From Candidatus Arthromitus sp. SFB-rat-Yit (GTDB lineage Bacteria > Bacillota > Clostridia > Clostridiales > Clostridiaceae): DNA of 32,000 bases. The position numbers and the translations under genes are program-made. Of the stretch, positions 1 to 9,999 are shown in pieces; positions within the stretch are counted from its first letter, which is position 1; every line of letters begins with the position of its first letter. Below the pieces are notes generated by a model. It had not been told where the DNA came from, made no database searches, and saw only the letters and a program-made list of their open reading frames with translations. Location of the stretch: assembly GCF_000283555.1 (NCBI RefSeq), contig NC_016012.1, positions 780,001-812,000 on the forward strand, read 5' to 3'.

Positions 1-226
1 GAAAAGATTTATCTGAATCTTTAACAATCCTCAAAATTTGAATATCATCTACAAAATAATGAGCAGATGCCCCTATATCTCCTGAATTAAAATAATTGTA
101 ATGAGCCTCAGCATTCGCACCAATGTCAGTATTATTTGTATCGTGTATAACCAGATATTTAATCTTTTCTCCATTTCTCGAAGAAAAATTATATTTAATC
201 AACTTTTCGTTAATCTTGATTTCCAT
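1..226 (-). CDS. N-acetylmuramoyl-L-alanine amidase (amidase_2 / PGRP-type), N-terminal fragment running off the window edge
   Basis: Hand translation of the minus strand from ATG at 224-226 gives MEIKINEKLIKYNFSSRNGEKIKYLVIHDTNNTDIGANAEAHYNYFNSGDIGASAHYFVDDIQILRIVKDSDKSF... The VIHDT...AEAHY...ASAHYFVDD pattern is typical of the N-terminus of zinc amidase_2 cell-wall hydrolases. AAAGGA lies about 9 nt upstream of the ATG. It is absent from the ORF track because it is truncated. Confidence 0.6.
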   Translation of the reverse strand, partial: MEIKINEKLIKYNFSSRNGEKIKYLVIHDTNNTDIGANAEAHYNYFNSGDIGASAHYFVDDIQILRIVKDSDKSF

Positions 227-288
227 GGTAACTCATCCTTTGATTAATTTTTAATTGATACTATATGCAATATTTCAAAATATGGTTA

Positions 289-321
289 CAAAAAAACTTA
301 AGAGATATAATCCCTTAAGTT
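289..321 (-). terminator. Rho-independent terminator after phoU
   Basis: On the minus strand, AACTTAAG (314-321 rc), an 11-nt loop, CTTAAGTT (295-302 rc), then TTTTTTG. It begins 14 nt after the phoU stop. Confidence 0.55.
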
Positions 322-334
322 CTCAAAATCAAAT

Positions 335-991
335 TTAATTATTTAACTTCCTTTTAAAAAATTCACCAGATTTTAAATACATAATATTTTCGCAAATATT
401 ATTTATATGGTCACCAGCTCTCTCATAATATTTGATCACAAATAATGTTTGAACAGCTATATTATTTGAAATTTTCCCAGAATTCATTTTCTCCATAATA
501 TTTGAAAAAACCTTAGTATACTCATTATCAATCAATTCATCACTCTCATATATTTCAATAGCCTTTTTCTTGTTGTTATCAATATAGGCCTGAACAACTT
601 CTCTAACCATTTTTTTAATCGCATTGGAAAAATAATCTGATATTTCAGAATCAATACTTTCATTTTCAGGTATATACATAGATACTTTTGCAAGATCTAC
701 AGCATAATCTCCTATACGCTCCAAATCTTGAATTATTTTTATTGTTGTAAACAATCTTCTCAAATCACTCGCAAGTGGATTTTGAGTAGCAATAAGTTTT
801 AAACATTTATATTCCATTTCCTCTTTAAGAAAATCTATATTATCATCATTTTCAATAATTAATTTCGCCAATTCAGTGTCTTTAGTCCTTAAAACCTTTT
901 CTGATTTTTCAAACTGATCTATAACAAGATTGCCTAATTTCAATAAAGATTCATTTAATTCATCTAACACTTTTCTAAATTTTATACGCAT
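335..991 (-). CDS. phoU: Phosphate signalling complex protein PhoU
   Basis: 218 aa with a two-repeat PhoU architecture (DxxxD-like repeats ...IGDYAVDL... and ...AGDHINNICE...). AGGAGG RBS. Last gene of the pst operon. Confidence 0.9.
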   Translation of the reverse strand: MRIKFRKVLDELNESLLKLGNLVIDQFEKSEKVLRTKDTELAKLIIENDDNIDFLKEEMEYKCLKLIATQNPLASDLRRLFTTIKIIQDLERIGDYAVDLAKVSMYIPENESIDSEISDYFSNAIKKMVREVVQAYIDNNKKKAIEIYESDELIDNEYTKVFSNIMEKMNSGKISNNIAVQTLFVIKYYERAGDHINNICENIMYLKSGEFFKRKLNN

Positions 992-1009
992 TACAATCCT
1001 CCTAAAATT

Positions 1010-1762
1010 CTATCCAAACCTTCCTGTAATATAGTCCTCTGTAAGCTTATTCGCTGGATTTTGAAATATTTTTTCAGTTCTATCCATTTCTTCAAGTTTA
1101 CCATTTAAGAAAAATGCTGTGTAATCAGAAATTCTTCCCGCTTGTTGCATATTATGAGTAACTATTACAATAGTATATTTCTTTCTAAGTTTTACCAATA
1201 ATTCCTCTATTTTTATGGTAGAAATTGGATCTAATGCAGAAGTAGGTTCATCCATTAAAATTATTTTGGGTTGAGTTGCTAAACATCTTGCAATACACAA
1301 TCTTTGTTGTTGACCTCCAGATAAATTATAAGCACTTTTTTTCAAATCATCTTTAACTTCATCCCAAAGGGCAACATCTTTCAAAGTAGTTTCAACAAGT
1401 TCATCTAAAATATTTTTATCTTTTATTCCATAATTTCTTGGAGCAAAGACTATATTATCATAAATAGATTTAGGAAATGGATTTGGCTTTTGAAAAACTA
1501 ACCCAACTTCTTTTCGAAGTAGCACAACATCTTGCTCTTTTATATCCTTACCATCTAAGAGTATCTTGCCTGTATATCTAGAGTAATCAAACATTTCATT
1601 CATTCTATTTAAATTTCTTAAAAATGTAGATTTACCACATCCAGAAGGTCCAATAAGAGCTGTAACTTTATTTTCATATATGTCGATATTTATGTTGAAC
1701 AAAGTTTGCTTTTCTCCGTAAAAGAAATTTAAATCTTCAACTTTTATAATAACTTTTTTCAT
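1010..1762 (-). CDS. pstB: Phosphate ABC transporter ATP-binding protein PstB
   Basis: Walker [13 protein letters not shown] signature LSGGQQQR, Walker [12 protein letters not shown]. PstB-typical length of 250 aa and pst operon context. Confidence 0.95.
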   Translation of the reverse strand: MKKVIIKVEDLNFFYGEKQTLFNINIDIYENKVTALIGPSGCGKSTFLRNLNRMNEMFDYSRYTGKILLDGKDIKEQDVVLLRKEVGLVFQKPNPFPKSIYDNIVFAPRNYGIKDKNILDELVETTLKDVALWDEVKDDLKKSAYNLSGGQQQRLCIARCLATQPKIILMDEPTSALDPISTIKIEELLVKLRKKYTIVIVTHNMQQAGRISDYTAFFLNGKLEEMDRTEKIFQNPANKLTEDYITGRFG

Positions 1763-1783
1763 TAAATACTAACCACCGATCTG

Positions 1784-2671
1784 TTAATCATATTTTTTCT
1801 CAAATTTTTTCCTTATAATGATTGCCGCGATATTAAATATCAAAACTATCAACAGTAAAATAATTATTCCTGATGATGCCAATTGTTGGAATTCTGGCTC
1901 TGGTCTTGAAGTCCAATTATATATTTGTATAGGCAATACCGTAAATCCATCAAACAAACTTAAAGGGACAAATCTTATAAATGTTGCAGCTCCAACAACA
2001 ATAAGTGGAGATGCTTCACCAATGGCACGGGCAAGAGATAAAACTATTCCAGTAATTATGTTTGACATAGCACATGGAATAATTACTCCCTTAATAGCTT
2101 TCCATTTAGATACACCAAGAGCTAAAGCTCCCTCATACAATGAATATGGAACAGTTCTAATTGCTTCTTGAGAAGAAATTATTATTGGCGACAAAACTAA
2201 AAGTGAGAGTGTTAATGCTCCAGATAATATACTTGATCCAAACATGAAAAATTTTACAAAAACTCCAAGACCAAGTATTCCATATACAATAGCAGGAACT
2301 CCTGCAAGATTTTGTATATTTAATTTTATAAAATTTGTAAATTTTGAAGATTTAGCATACAGTTCCAAATAAATAGCCGTACCGATCCCAAGAGGTATAG
2401 AAATTATTGAAGTTAAAATTAATATATAAACGCTTCCAACAATTGCTGGTAATATTCCAGCTCTTGCAGGTCTACTTGATGGGAAACTTGTTATGAATTT
2501 CCAGTTTAAATTTTTCAAACCATTCGAAAAAATCTGAATTAATAGAGCAATTAAGAAAAATACACCTATAAGAGTTGCAATTATTGTAACAATTTTCAAT
2601 ACTTTATCTTTATACTTTCTCTTTTTTAGATTATTTTTTATAATCTCATTATCATACAAATCAATTTTCAT
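1784..2671 (-). CDS. pstA: Phosphate ABC transporter permease PstA
   Basis: 295-aa multi-pass membrane protein with the ABC permease EAA-type loop (ARAIGEASPL). Lies between pstC and pstB. Confidence 0.9.
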   Translation of the reverse strand: MKIDLYDNEIIKNNLKKRKYKDKVLKIVTIIATLIGVFFLIALLIQIFSNGLKNLNWKFITSFPSSRPARAGILPAIVGSVYILILTSIISIPLGIGTAIYLELYAKSSKFTNFIKLNIQNLAGVPAIVYGILGLGVFVKFFMFGSSILSGALTLSLLVLSPIIISSQEAIRTVPYSLYEGALALGVSKWKAIKGVIIPCAMSNIITGIVLSLARAIGEASPLIVVGAATFIRFVPLSLFDGFTVLPIQIYNWTSRPEPEFQQLASSGIIILLLIVLIFNIAAIIIRKKFEKKYD

Positions 2672-2690
2672 TATTTCCCTGCTTCCATTT

Positions 2691-3557
2691 CTAAAACTTA
2701 TATTTATTTTTGTTTATAATTTTGCGAGCTACAATATTTAAAATTAAGGTAATCAAAAATAATATAGCTCCACAAACAAAAATTGTCTTATATTCAATTG
2801 AATCAAATGAAACATCTCCCATACTAACATTAGCCATATAAGTTGTTAATGTCTGTATACTCTTCAATGGATTCATATTAAAAAGAGGATTGCTTCCAGA
2901 TGCAATTGCAACAACCATTGTTTCACCTATAGCTCGAGAAATAGCCAAAATAAATGATGATATAATTCCTGATCTAGCTGCTGGAATTAAAACTTTGCTT
3001 GTAACTTCATACTTTGTACTACCAAGTGCATAAGCACCTCTTTTTATTGATCCTGGTATACTCCTTAATGCATCCTCACTTAAAGAAGCAATCATCGGAA
3101 TAATCATTATCCCTATAGCAATACCAGCACTTAATGCGTTATATATCTCTAAATTATGTATAAACAACTTCAACACAGGAGTTATAAATGTTAATGCAAA
3201 AAATCCATAAACAACTGATGGAATAAATGCTAATGCTTCTAAAACAGGTTTCAAAATAGCACGAACTTTTTTAGATGCATATTCACTTAAATAAATTGAA
3301 ATTAAAAGACCTATAGGTATTGCTATTAAACACGCAATAACAGCTATAATTATAGTTCCAATTACTAAAGTCATAATATTATAAGTTGGGGTACTTAAAA
3401 GTGGATTCCAGGAATTACCTTTAAATAAATCAAAAAAACTAACTTCCTTAAAAAAATCTTTAGCTTCAAATAACAATAGGAAAACTATACTGATTGTGAT
3501 AAGAATTGAAATAAATGCAAATAATCTCAGCAAACCTTCTATAAATTTCTCTTTCAC
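2691..3557 (-). CDS. pstC: Phosphate ABC transporter permease PstC
   Basis: 288-aa multi-pass membrane protein with permease loop SRAIGETM. GTG start at 3555-3557 preceded by GGAGG about 10 nt upstream. Operon position. Confidence 0.9.
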   Translation of the reverse strand: MKEKFIEGLLRLFAFISILITISIVFLLLFEAKDFFKEVSFFDLFKGNSWNPLLSTPTYNIMTLVIGTIIIAVIACLIAIPIGLLISIYLSEYASKKVRAILKPVLEALAFIPSVVYGFFALTFITPVLKLFIHNLEIYNALSAGIAIGIMIIPMIASLSEDALRSIPGSIKRGAYALGSTKYEVTSKVLIPAARSGIISSFILAISRAIGETMVVAIASGSNPLFNMNPLKSIQTLTTYMANVSMGDVSFDSIEYKTIFVCGAILFLITLILNIVARKIINKNKYKF

Positions 3558-3615
3558 TAAAATAAAACCTCCAAACTAATATTAAAGTCTAAATATGAAA
3601 TTTATCTTCATAAAT

Positions 3616-4524
3616 TTATTTTAAATTATCTAGTTGATTTTCATAACTTTTATCTGATAATTGAACTAAGTTAACCTCTTTAGCAAGAGTTCCCGCATTC
3701 AAAAGATAAAATTTAAGAAATTCACTTATTTCCTGCCTATCAAGATTATTTTTATTGAAATATATCCTAAGTGGTCTTGATAATAGATAGCTTTCATCAT
3801 TTATAGTTTGTGTTGATGGCTCTACATTATCAATAGATATCAAATTAATTTTATCTTTATTTGATTCATAATAACTATATCCAAAATATCCTATCGAATA
3901 TTTGTCCCCACTTATTCCTTTGATCAAAATATTATCATCTTCACTAACTATAGCATCCTCTCTTTGGAGCTTAGCTTTTCCATTCACAATTTCCGTGAAA
4001 AACTCAAAAGTTCCAGAGGCTGTTCCTGGAGTATAAACTTTTATTAATTCATTTGGAAATCCTTCTCTCACATCACTCCAATATTTTGCAGGATTATCAT
4101 ATCTAAAAATATGAGAAACCTCCTCTTTTGTTAAATTTGTTGCGAACGTATTATCTTTGCTAACAATAACAGATATACCATCATTTGCTACAACCAACTC
4201 TTGAGCATCTATTCCATTATTTTTAGCTCTATCAAGTTCAGAATCCTTAATTTTTCTAGAAGCATTAACTATATCAATTTCACCCTCAATAAACTTTTTC
4301 ATTCCTCCACCAGTTCCAGACTCAGCTATAGATATTCTAACTTTTGGATTTACTATAGAAAATTCTTCAGCTACTATTTCTGTTATCGGATAAACTGTTG
4401 ATGACCCATCAATAACAATATTACCACGCAAAGTAGATTTATTTTGAACATTACTGCAAGAAACAAATAAAAATAAGCACAAAACTACTCCCAAATTTAA
4501 TATCTTAAAGAATCCTTTGTTCAT
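3616..4524 (-). CDS. pstS: Phosphate-binding lipoprotein PstS
   Basis: Signal peptide plus lipobox (LFLFVS-C). PstS-family motifs DGSSTVYP and GTASGT. GAGGAGAG RBS 9 nt upstream of the ATG. Confidence 0.9.
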   Translation of the reverse strand: MNKGFFKILNLGVVLCLFLFVSCSNVQNKSTLRGNIVIDGSSTVYPITEIVAEEFSIVNPKVRISIAESGTGGGMKKFIEGEIDIVNASRKIKDSELDRAKNNGIDAQELVVANDGISVIVSKDNTFATNLTKEEVSHIFRYDNPAKYWSDVREGFPNELIKVYTPGTASGTFEFFTEIVNGKAKLQREDAIVSEDDNILIKGISGDKYSIGYFGYSYYESNKDKINLISIDNVEPSTQTINDESYLLSRPLRIYFNKNNLDRQEISEFLKFYLLNAGTLAKEVNLVQLSDKSYENQLDNLK

Positions 4525-4573
4525 AAAATTAATCTCTCCTCAAATCAATTTAAAACATATTTTAAACCAAATT

Positions 4574-4601
4574 AGTTAAGCTTATATTTTGCTAATGTTA
4601 A
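4574..4601 (-). promoter_or_regulatory. Candidate Pho-box half-sites upstream of pstS
   Basis: The minus strand reads TTAACA (4596-4601 rc)...TTAACT (4574-4579 rc), 22 bp apart (two helical turns). This matches the TT(A/T/C)ACA direct repeats bound by Bacillus-type PhoP. Only two good repeats in AT-rich DNA, so the call is weak. Confidence 0.25.
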
Positions 4602-4635
4602 ATCTATATTAAATTTGTTATGCTATTTTAAATTT

Positions 4636-4680
4636 AATTTTAAAAACAAATAAAGTAGAGTAATTAACTTACTCTACTTT
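4636..4680 (-). terminator. Rho-independent terminator overlapping the phoR stop codon
   Basis: Perfect 12-bp stem AAAGTAGAGTAA / TTACTCTACTTT (4669-4680 and 4652-4663) with a 5-nt loop, followed on the minus strand by ATTTGTTTTTAAAA. Confidence 0.6.
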
Positions 4681-5895
4681 ATTTTTAGGGATACTAATTT
4701 TAAATGTAACACCTTTATTTTTATTATTAAAAACCTCAACATTCCCAGAAATCTTTTTAACAGCACCATATACTATAGATAAACCTAAACCTGTTCCTCG
4801 AAATTTTGTCTTAGAAGTTGGAATTTTATAAAATCTCTCAAATATATTTTCAATTTCATTTTCAGGTATTCCAATTCCATCATCCGAAAATTTAATATAT
4901 ACGTTTTTACTATCCTCTTTACAAATTATATCTATATTTTCCCCAAAAGAGTGTTTTATCGAATTATCAATTATATTTAAAAATATTTGCATAATATACT
5001 TTTCACAACTTAGAATTTTAATCCTATCTCCAGTAATATTAACATTAATATTACTATTGGATATCTGAGGGGTAAGTAATTGTTTAATACTGTATAACAA
5101 TTGCATAATATCTATCTTTTGTTTTGTTATATCATTCTGTGTTTGAATTTCTGAAAAAATAAGTATATCACTTATTAAATTATTAAGCCTTATAGCTTCC
5201 TTCGATATTATATCGTAAAATATTTGTCTATCATTTTCATTTTCAACATTTTTTAACGTATCAGCAAATCCTATTATAGACGTTAAAGGAGTTTTTAATT
5301 CATGTGTTATATTTGAAATAAACTCTGTACTCATATTATCAATCTTCTTTTGTTCAGTTATATTTTTAAATGTATATATAGTAAAACTGTTATTTATCTT
5401 TTTTATATAACAAGATATATTAACAAATGAATACTCTTCAGGTATCTCAAACACAGTATCATTATTAAATTCAAGCAACCATCTTAAATTAGTTTTTTCA
5501 AGCAATTTATTATGCATCTCTTTTAAATCTAAAATATTAAACAATTTACCTAATTCATCATTTACATAATAAATCCTGTTTTTAATATCTAAAATCAATA
5601 CCCCATATTCAAGAATATCTATTGTACGCTCTAAAACATAGTTATCTTCCCATATCTTATCATACTTTTTATACACTTTATTAAACTTAAACTTTATCAA
5701 ATCTAGTATATTTTCTAATCCAAAGCTCTTTTTATTAGCCATATTAACAACTGATTCTAAATAATCGTTAGAATTAATTGTTAAAATATTTAACAAATTA
5801 CGCTTAATTCTATTATTAAATTTTAGAAAACAAATACACATACCTAAAATTAGTATTAATAAACAAATTATCAATATTAAATTAAAAATTTTCAT
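4669..5895 (-). CDS. phoR: Sensor histidine kinase, PhoR-like
   Basis: N-terminal TM helix, H-box HELKTPLTSI, and an HATPase_c domain (N box NIIDNSIKHS, G boxes DDGIGIP / GTGLGLSIV). The start overlaps the phoP stop by 14 nt. Adjacent to the pst operon. The symbol is assigned by context only. Confidence 0.8.
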   Translation of the reverse strand: MKIFNLILIICLLILILGMCICFLKFNNRIKRNLLNILTINSNDYLESVVNMANKKSFGLENILDLIKFKFNKVYKKYDKIWEDNYVLERTIDILEYGVLILDIKNRIYYVNDELGKLFNILDLKEMHNKLLEKTNLRWLLEFNNDTVFEIPEEYSFVNISCYIKKINNSFTIYTFKNITEQKKIDNMSTEFISNITHELKTPLTSIIGFADTLKNVENENDRQIFYDIISKEAIRLNNLISDILIFSEIQTQNDITKQKIDIMQLLYSIKQLLTPQISNSNINVNITGDRIKILSCEKYIMQIFLNIIDNSIKHSFGENIDIICKEDSKNVYIKFSDDGIGIPENEIENIFERFYKIPTSKTKFRGTGLGLSIVYGAVKKISGNVEVFNNKNKGVTFKISIPKNKVE

Positions 5896-6601
5896 TATAT
5901 TCTAAATTGAATTTATACCCTATTCCTCTCACCGTTTCAATAAATACAGGATTTTTATCATCATCTTCTATCTTTTTTCTTAAATTTCTAACATGAACAT
6001 CTACAGTTCTAGTTTCACCTATGTAATTATATCCCCAAATATTATCAAGTATATATTCTCTAGTTAGAACATGACCATTACTTCTTATAAGCATTACCAA
6101 TAACTCAAATTCTTTAAAGGTCATATCTAGTTTTCTGCCTTTTTTATATATCTCTCTCTTTTTTAAATCTAATAATATATCGCCAAATTTAAAATCACAA
6201 GATAAATTTGTTTCATTAAAATTTAATTTTTCCATTCTCCTAAATACAGCTTTTATTCGAGCAACTATTTCATTTATAGAAAATGGCTTACAAATATAAT
6301 CGTCAGCTCCAAGATTTAGTGCCAATACTTTATCAAATTCTCTACTTTTTGAAGAAACTATTATTATAGGTATCTTCTTTGTATCTTCGTTATTGGATAA
6401 TTCACTACATATTTCAAAACCATCTTTTCCAGTTAACATTAAATCAAGCAATATTAATTCGGGCTTAAACTCTGTTACAATATTAATTATATCTAATCCA
6501 TCTAAGACATACTTTACATCAAATCCATTTTTCGTTAAATTGTATCTCAACAACTCAACAATATTAAACTCATCTTCAACAATTAAAATCTTTTTACCCA
6601 T
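5882..6601 (-). CDS. phoP: OmpR/PhoB-family response regulator, PhoP-like
   Basis: Receiver domain (ILIVEDE ... ILLDLMLTGKDG ... K at CKPF) plus a winged-helix trans_reg_C domain (...TVDVHVRNLRKKIE...IETVRGIGYKF). Confidence 0.85.
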   Translation of the reverse strand: MGKKILIVEDEFNIVELLRYNLTKNGFDVKYVLDGLDIINIVTEFKPELILLDLMLTGKDGFEICSELSNNEDTKKIPIIIVSSKSREFDKVLALNLGADDYICKPFSINEIVARIKAVFRRMEKLNFNETNLSCDFKFGDILLDLKKREIYKKGRKLDMTFKEFELLVMLIRSNGHVLTREYILDNIWGYNYIGETRTVDVHVRNLRKKIEDDDKNPVFIETVRGIGYKFNLEYNENF

Positions 6602-6624
6602 AATTACTTAATCCTCAGTAAATT

Positions 6625-7347
6625 TTATTTAATAAAAATAAATGAAAATATTCTATTTAAAGAATTCGGATCATTTCTATATGAATAAAATTTCACGTCT
6701 TTGCTACAGTGCACACAATAATCAACAACATTCAAATTATAAATCGGTATATTACACGCCAAAACCGAAGTCTTAATGCACTCCAATAAACTAAGATTAT
6801 TTTTATTAAAAATATTAGCATTTTTTTGGAATCTATGATGATTATTAAACTTATATTTAAGTTCTTCTCCAACTTCGTAACAACAAACTTTAATATGCGG
6901 TCCTATATAAATAACTATATCATTTACATCCGAATGATATTTTTTAACAAATATATCAATTGCTTTAACAACTATTTCGTTGTAAGTTCCCTTCCAACCA
7001 CTATGTAAAACCGAAGCGATACGTTTCTTTGAATCAAATAAAAATATAGGAACACAATCTGCTGTAAAAACACCTATTCCACGATTTATTTCTCTAATTA
7101 TAAGCCCATCGCCTTCTAAACCTAATGTAAAATTTTTATCACATTCAATAACAATATCACTATGTATTTGAGATACCACAAATATATCGCTTAAATTAAA
7201 TTTCTCCTTGATAAATTTTATATTTTTATCGTAATTTTCAAGTTTTGGGTGTATTCCAAATTCAGAATTAGCCGTAGTAACTCCAAAACCAATATTATCT
7301 ATTTCTTTATACAAAAAATATTTACTATCGAACTCTATTAATTTCAT
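6625..7347 (-). CDS. pgeF: Peptidoglycan editing factor PgeF / YfiH (YlmD) family purine-nucleoside phosphorylase-laccase domain protein
   Basis: 240 aa with the family pattern ...SQIHSD...TADCVPI...HSGWKGT...CCYEV.... Sits beside ylmC as in the Bacillus ylm cluster. Confidence 0.8.
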   Translation of the reverse strand: MKLIEFDSKYFLYKEIDNIGFGVTTANSEFGIHPKLENYDKNIKFIKEKFNLSDIFVVSQIHSDIVIECDKNFTLGLEGDGLIIREINRGIGVFTADCVPIFLFDSKKRIASVLHSGWKGTYNEIVVKAIDIFVKKYHSDVNDIVIYIGPHIKVCCYEVGEELKYKFNNHHRFQKNANIFNKNNLSLLECIKTSVLACNIPIYNLNVVDYCVHCSKDVKFYSYRNDPNSLNRIFSFIFIK

Positions 7348-7485
7348 AAATCACCCTAATAACATACTGTAAAAGTTATTAAATGTACTAATTAAACAAT
7401 TATACATTCTTCTTTTGAAATATAATAACATAATCAAAATAAAAATTACAATAAAATTTAAATATGTTAATACATTCCAATTCAT

Positions 7486-7746
7486 TTATTCCAATAATAA
7501 ATCCATATTACTTCCATCAACCAAAATAACATCCAACCCTATTTTCATTATCTTTTCCCAAGGAATTTCTAAACAATTATTTTTAAAAAACCAGGACACT
7601 TTACCATAAGAAACTATAATTGATAACACCCTAAATGTATTTGTATCAATCATATAATCGCTTATATACCCTATTTTAGCACCTATGCTTACATCTATAA
7701 CTTCCATTGATTTTAAATCATTTAATGAAAATGACATATCTATCAT
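7486..7746 (-). CDS. ylmC: YlmC/YmxH-family sporulation protein (PRC-barrel)
   Basis: 86 aa with an ...LKSMEVIDVSIGAKIGYISDYMID...IPWEKIMKIGLDVILV pattern typical of YlmC/YmxH. Synteny with pgeF (ylmD). Confidence 0.7.
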   Translation of the reverse strand: MIDMSFSLNDLKSMEVIDVSIGAKIGYISDYMIDTNTFRVLSIIVSYGKVSWFFKNNCLEIPWEKIMKIGLDVILVDGSNMDLLLE

Positions 7747-7868
7747 AAAATCATTCCTTCGTTCTTTTAAAAAATTTTTTTATTAAATTTATATGACTTG
7801 ACATTTTTATTTATACTATGTAAAGGATATAATAAAGATATGAATATTTATTAATGAAAGGATTGTAT

Positions 7869-9965
7869 ATGAATTATAACCACACACTAAAATTTGAAAA
7901 CATGAATTGTTACGACTGTGCTGACAAAATTAAAACTAGATTACTAAAATTAAATTATGTCTCGAATGTAGACATAGACGTATTAAATCAAAAATTAAAT
8001 TTAGAATTCATTGATGATTCTAACACACAACAACGCTTAGAAGAAATTATGAAGTTATGTATAAATATTGAACCTGACATAAACTTTGTTGACTCTAAGA
8101 ATCCAAATAAATCTATGAATAAAATAAACTACAAGCAAGCCATTGCATTTTTGATTGGTGTAACCCTATTTATAATTTCATTTTTCATAAATGGATCTGG
8201 ACCTTTAAAATTTTACGTATGTCTTATAAGTTATTTGTTAATAGGATTTGAAATCTTAAAAAAGGCAATTATCAATATAAAAAAGGGTATAATTTTTGAT
8301 GAAAATACATTGATGATGATTGCAACAATAGGAGCATTTGTAATAAAAGAATTTCAAGAAGGTATAGCAGTTATTATATTTTCAAGAGTTGGAGAATTTA
8401 TACAAGACATGGCTATTAACAAGTCACGTTCTTCAATCTCAAATCTGATGGACATAAGACCTGATACAGCAAATCTAGAAATTAATGATTCAATCAAAAT
8501 TGTTGATCCAAATGAAATTAAAATTGGAGATGTAATTGTTGTAAAACCAGGTGAGAAAATACCTTTAGATGGAGAAATAATTCAAGGAGAGTCCCAATTA
8601 GACACTAAAGCCTTAACCGGAGAATTCTTAACCAAAGAAGTTAAAATTGGAGATAAAGTAATATCTGGATGCATAAACATCTCTTCTTTAATCAAGATAA
8701 AAGTAGAATCAGAATTCAAAAATTCAACAATATCCAGAATTCTTAATCTCGTTGAAAGTGCTACATCAAAAAAATCAAATACAGAAAATTTTATTACTAA
8801 ATTTTCAAAAATTTATACTCCTATCGTTATAGTAATCGCTTTAATAATAGCAATAATCCCACCATTTATTTTAGGATATAATACTATCTCAACATGGATT
8901 TATAGAGCTTTAATATTTTTAGTTATATCTTGCCCTTGTGCGTTGGTAATCTCAATACCATTAAGTTTCTTTAGTGGTATAGGGGTAGCATCTAAGAACG
9001 GTATACTTATAAAAGGAAGTAACTATTTAGAAGCACTAAATAATTTATCAACTTTAGTATTTGATAAAACAGGAACTGTAACAGAAGGCAAATTTTTTAT
9101 AACTAAAATTATAACTAAAGATTGCACAACAGATGAATTATTAAAATACGCTGCAATGGCAGAAAGTTTTTCAAATCATCCAATTGCTAAATCTATAGTC
9201 AACCATTACAATCATCCAATTGAGCAATCAAAAATTTCTAGGTTCGAGGAAATTGCTGGATATGGTATAAGCATTTGTATAGATGATGACACAATAATAA
9301 GTGGAAATAAAAAGATGATGGATAAATTCAATATCCATATTGAATCCACAGATGAGCCTGGAACAAAAGTATATGTAGCCAAAAACAACACTTATCTCGG
9401 ATATATTTTGATATCAGATAAAATAAAAGAGAATTCAGCTAAAACTATTGCTGAATTGAAAGATATGAATGTGAACAAACTAGTAATGCTTACAGGGGAC
9501 AATAAGAAAACAGCTCAGCATATCGCAGAAACATTAAAAATCCCAGAAGTATATTCAGAGCTATTACCAGACCAAAAAGTAAAATATGTAGAAGAATTAA
9601 TTTTAAATAAAACTCCAAAATCAACTTTAGCATTCATTGGAGATGGTATAAATGATGCTCCTTCTCTTGCTATAGCAGACATTGGAATATCTATGGGTGG
9701 AATTGGAAGTGATGCTGCTATTGAAGCATCTGACATTGTTTTAATTGATGACGATCCATACAAAATAATTAAAGCTATAAAAATAGCAAAACAAACAAGA
9801 AAAATTGCTACACAAAATATAATTTTATCTTTATCAGTAAAAACATTAGTAATAATACTGGGTGCTTTAGGTTTATCATCTATGTGGGCAGCTATATTAT
9901 CAGATGTTGGTGTATCACTTATTGTAATTTTAAACTCGGTTAGAATATTGAAAAAAGAAATATAA
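7869..9965 (+). CDS. cadA: Heavy-metal (Cd/Zn/Co-type) translocating P1B-type ATPase
   Basis: N-terminal HMA domain with CxxC (NCYDC), TM6 CPC motif (SCPCALVIS), phosphorylation site DKTGT, and hinge GDGINDAP. The ORF is open from ATG 7854, but ATG 7869 is the one preceded by AAAGGA at good spacing. Metal specificity cannot be read from sequence alone. Confidence 0.85.
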   Translation: MNYNHTLKFENMNCYDCADKIKTRLLKLNYVSNVDIDVLNQKLNLEFIDDSNTQQRLEEIMKLCINIEPDINFVDSKNPNKSMNKINYKQAIAFLIGVTLFIISFFINGSGPLKFYVCLISYLLIGFEILKKAIINIKKGIIFDENTLMMIATIGAFVIKEFQEGIAVIIFSRVGEFIQDMAINKSRSSISNLMDIRPDTANLEINDSIKIVDPNEIKIGDVIVVKPGEKIPLDGEIIQGESQLDTKALTGEFLTKEVKIGDKVISGCINISSLIKIKVESEFKNSTISRILNLVESATSKKSNTENFITKFSKIYTPIVIVIALIIAIIPPFILGYNTISTWIYRALIFLVISCPCALVISIPLSFFSGIGVASKNGILIKGSNYLEALNNLSTLVFDKTGTVTEGKFFITKIITKDCTTDELLKYAAMAESFSNHPIAKSIVNHYNHPIEQSKISRFEEIAGYGISICIDDDTIISGNKKMMDKFNIHIESTDEPGTKVYVAKNNTYLGYILISDKIKENSAKTIAELKDMNVNKLVMLTGDNKKTAQHIAETLKIPEVYSELLPDQKVKYVEELILNKTPKSTLAFIGDGINDAPSLAIADIGISMGGIGSDAAIEASDIVLIDDDPYKIIKAIKIAKQTRKIATQNIILSLSVKTLVIILGALGLSSMWAAILSDVGVSLIVILNSVRILKKEI

Positions 9966-9997
9966 AAGGAGGCTATCTATATAGATAGCCTCCTTTT
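9964..9997. terminator. Bidirectional terminator shared by cadA (+) and sigG (-)
   Basis: Perfect 34-nt palindrome AAAAGGAGGCTATCTAT|ATAGATAGCCTCCTTTT. GC-rich stem flanked by A- and T-runs, so it gives a hairpin plus U-tail on both strands. It occupies the entire 34-bp gap between the two convergent stop codons. Confidence 0.75.
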
Positions 9998-9999
9998 TG

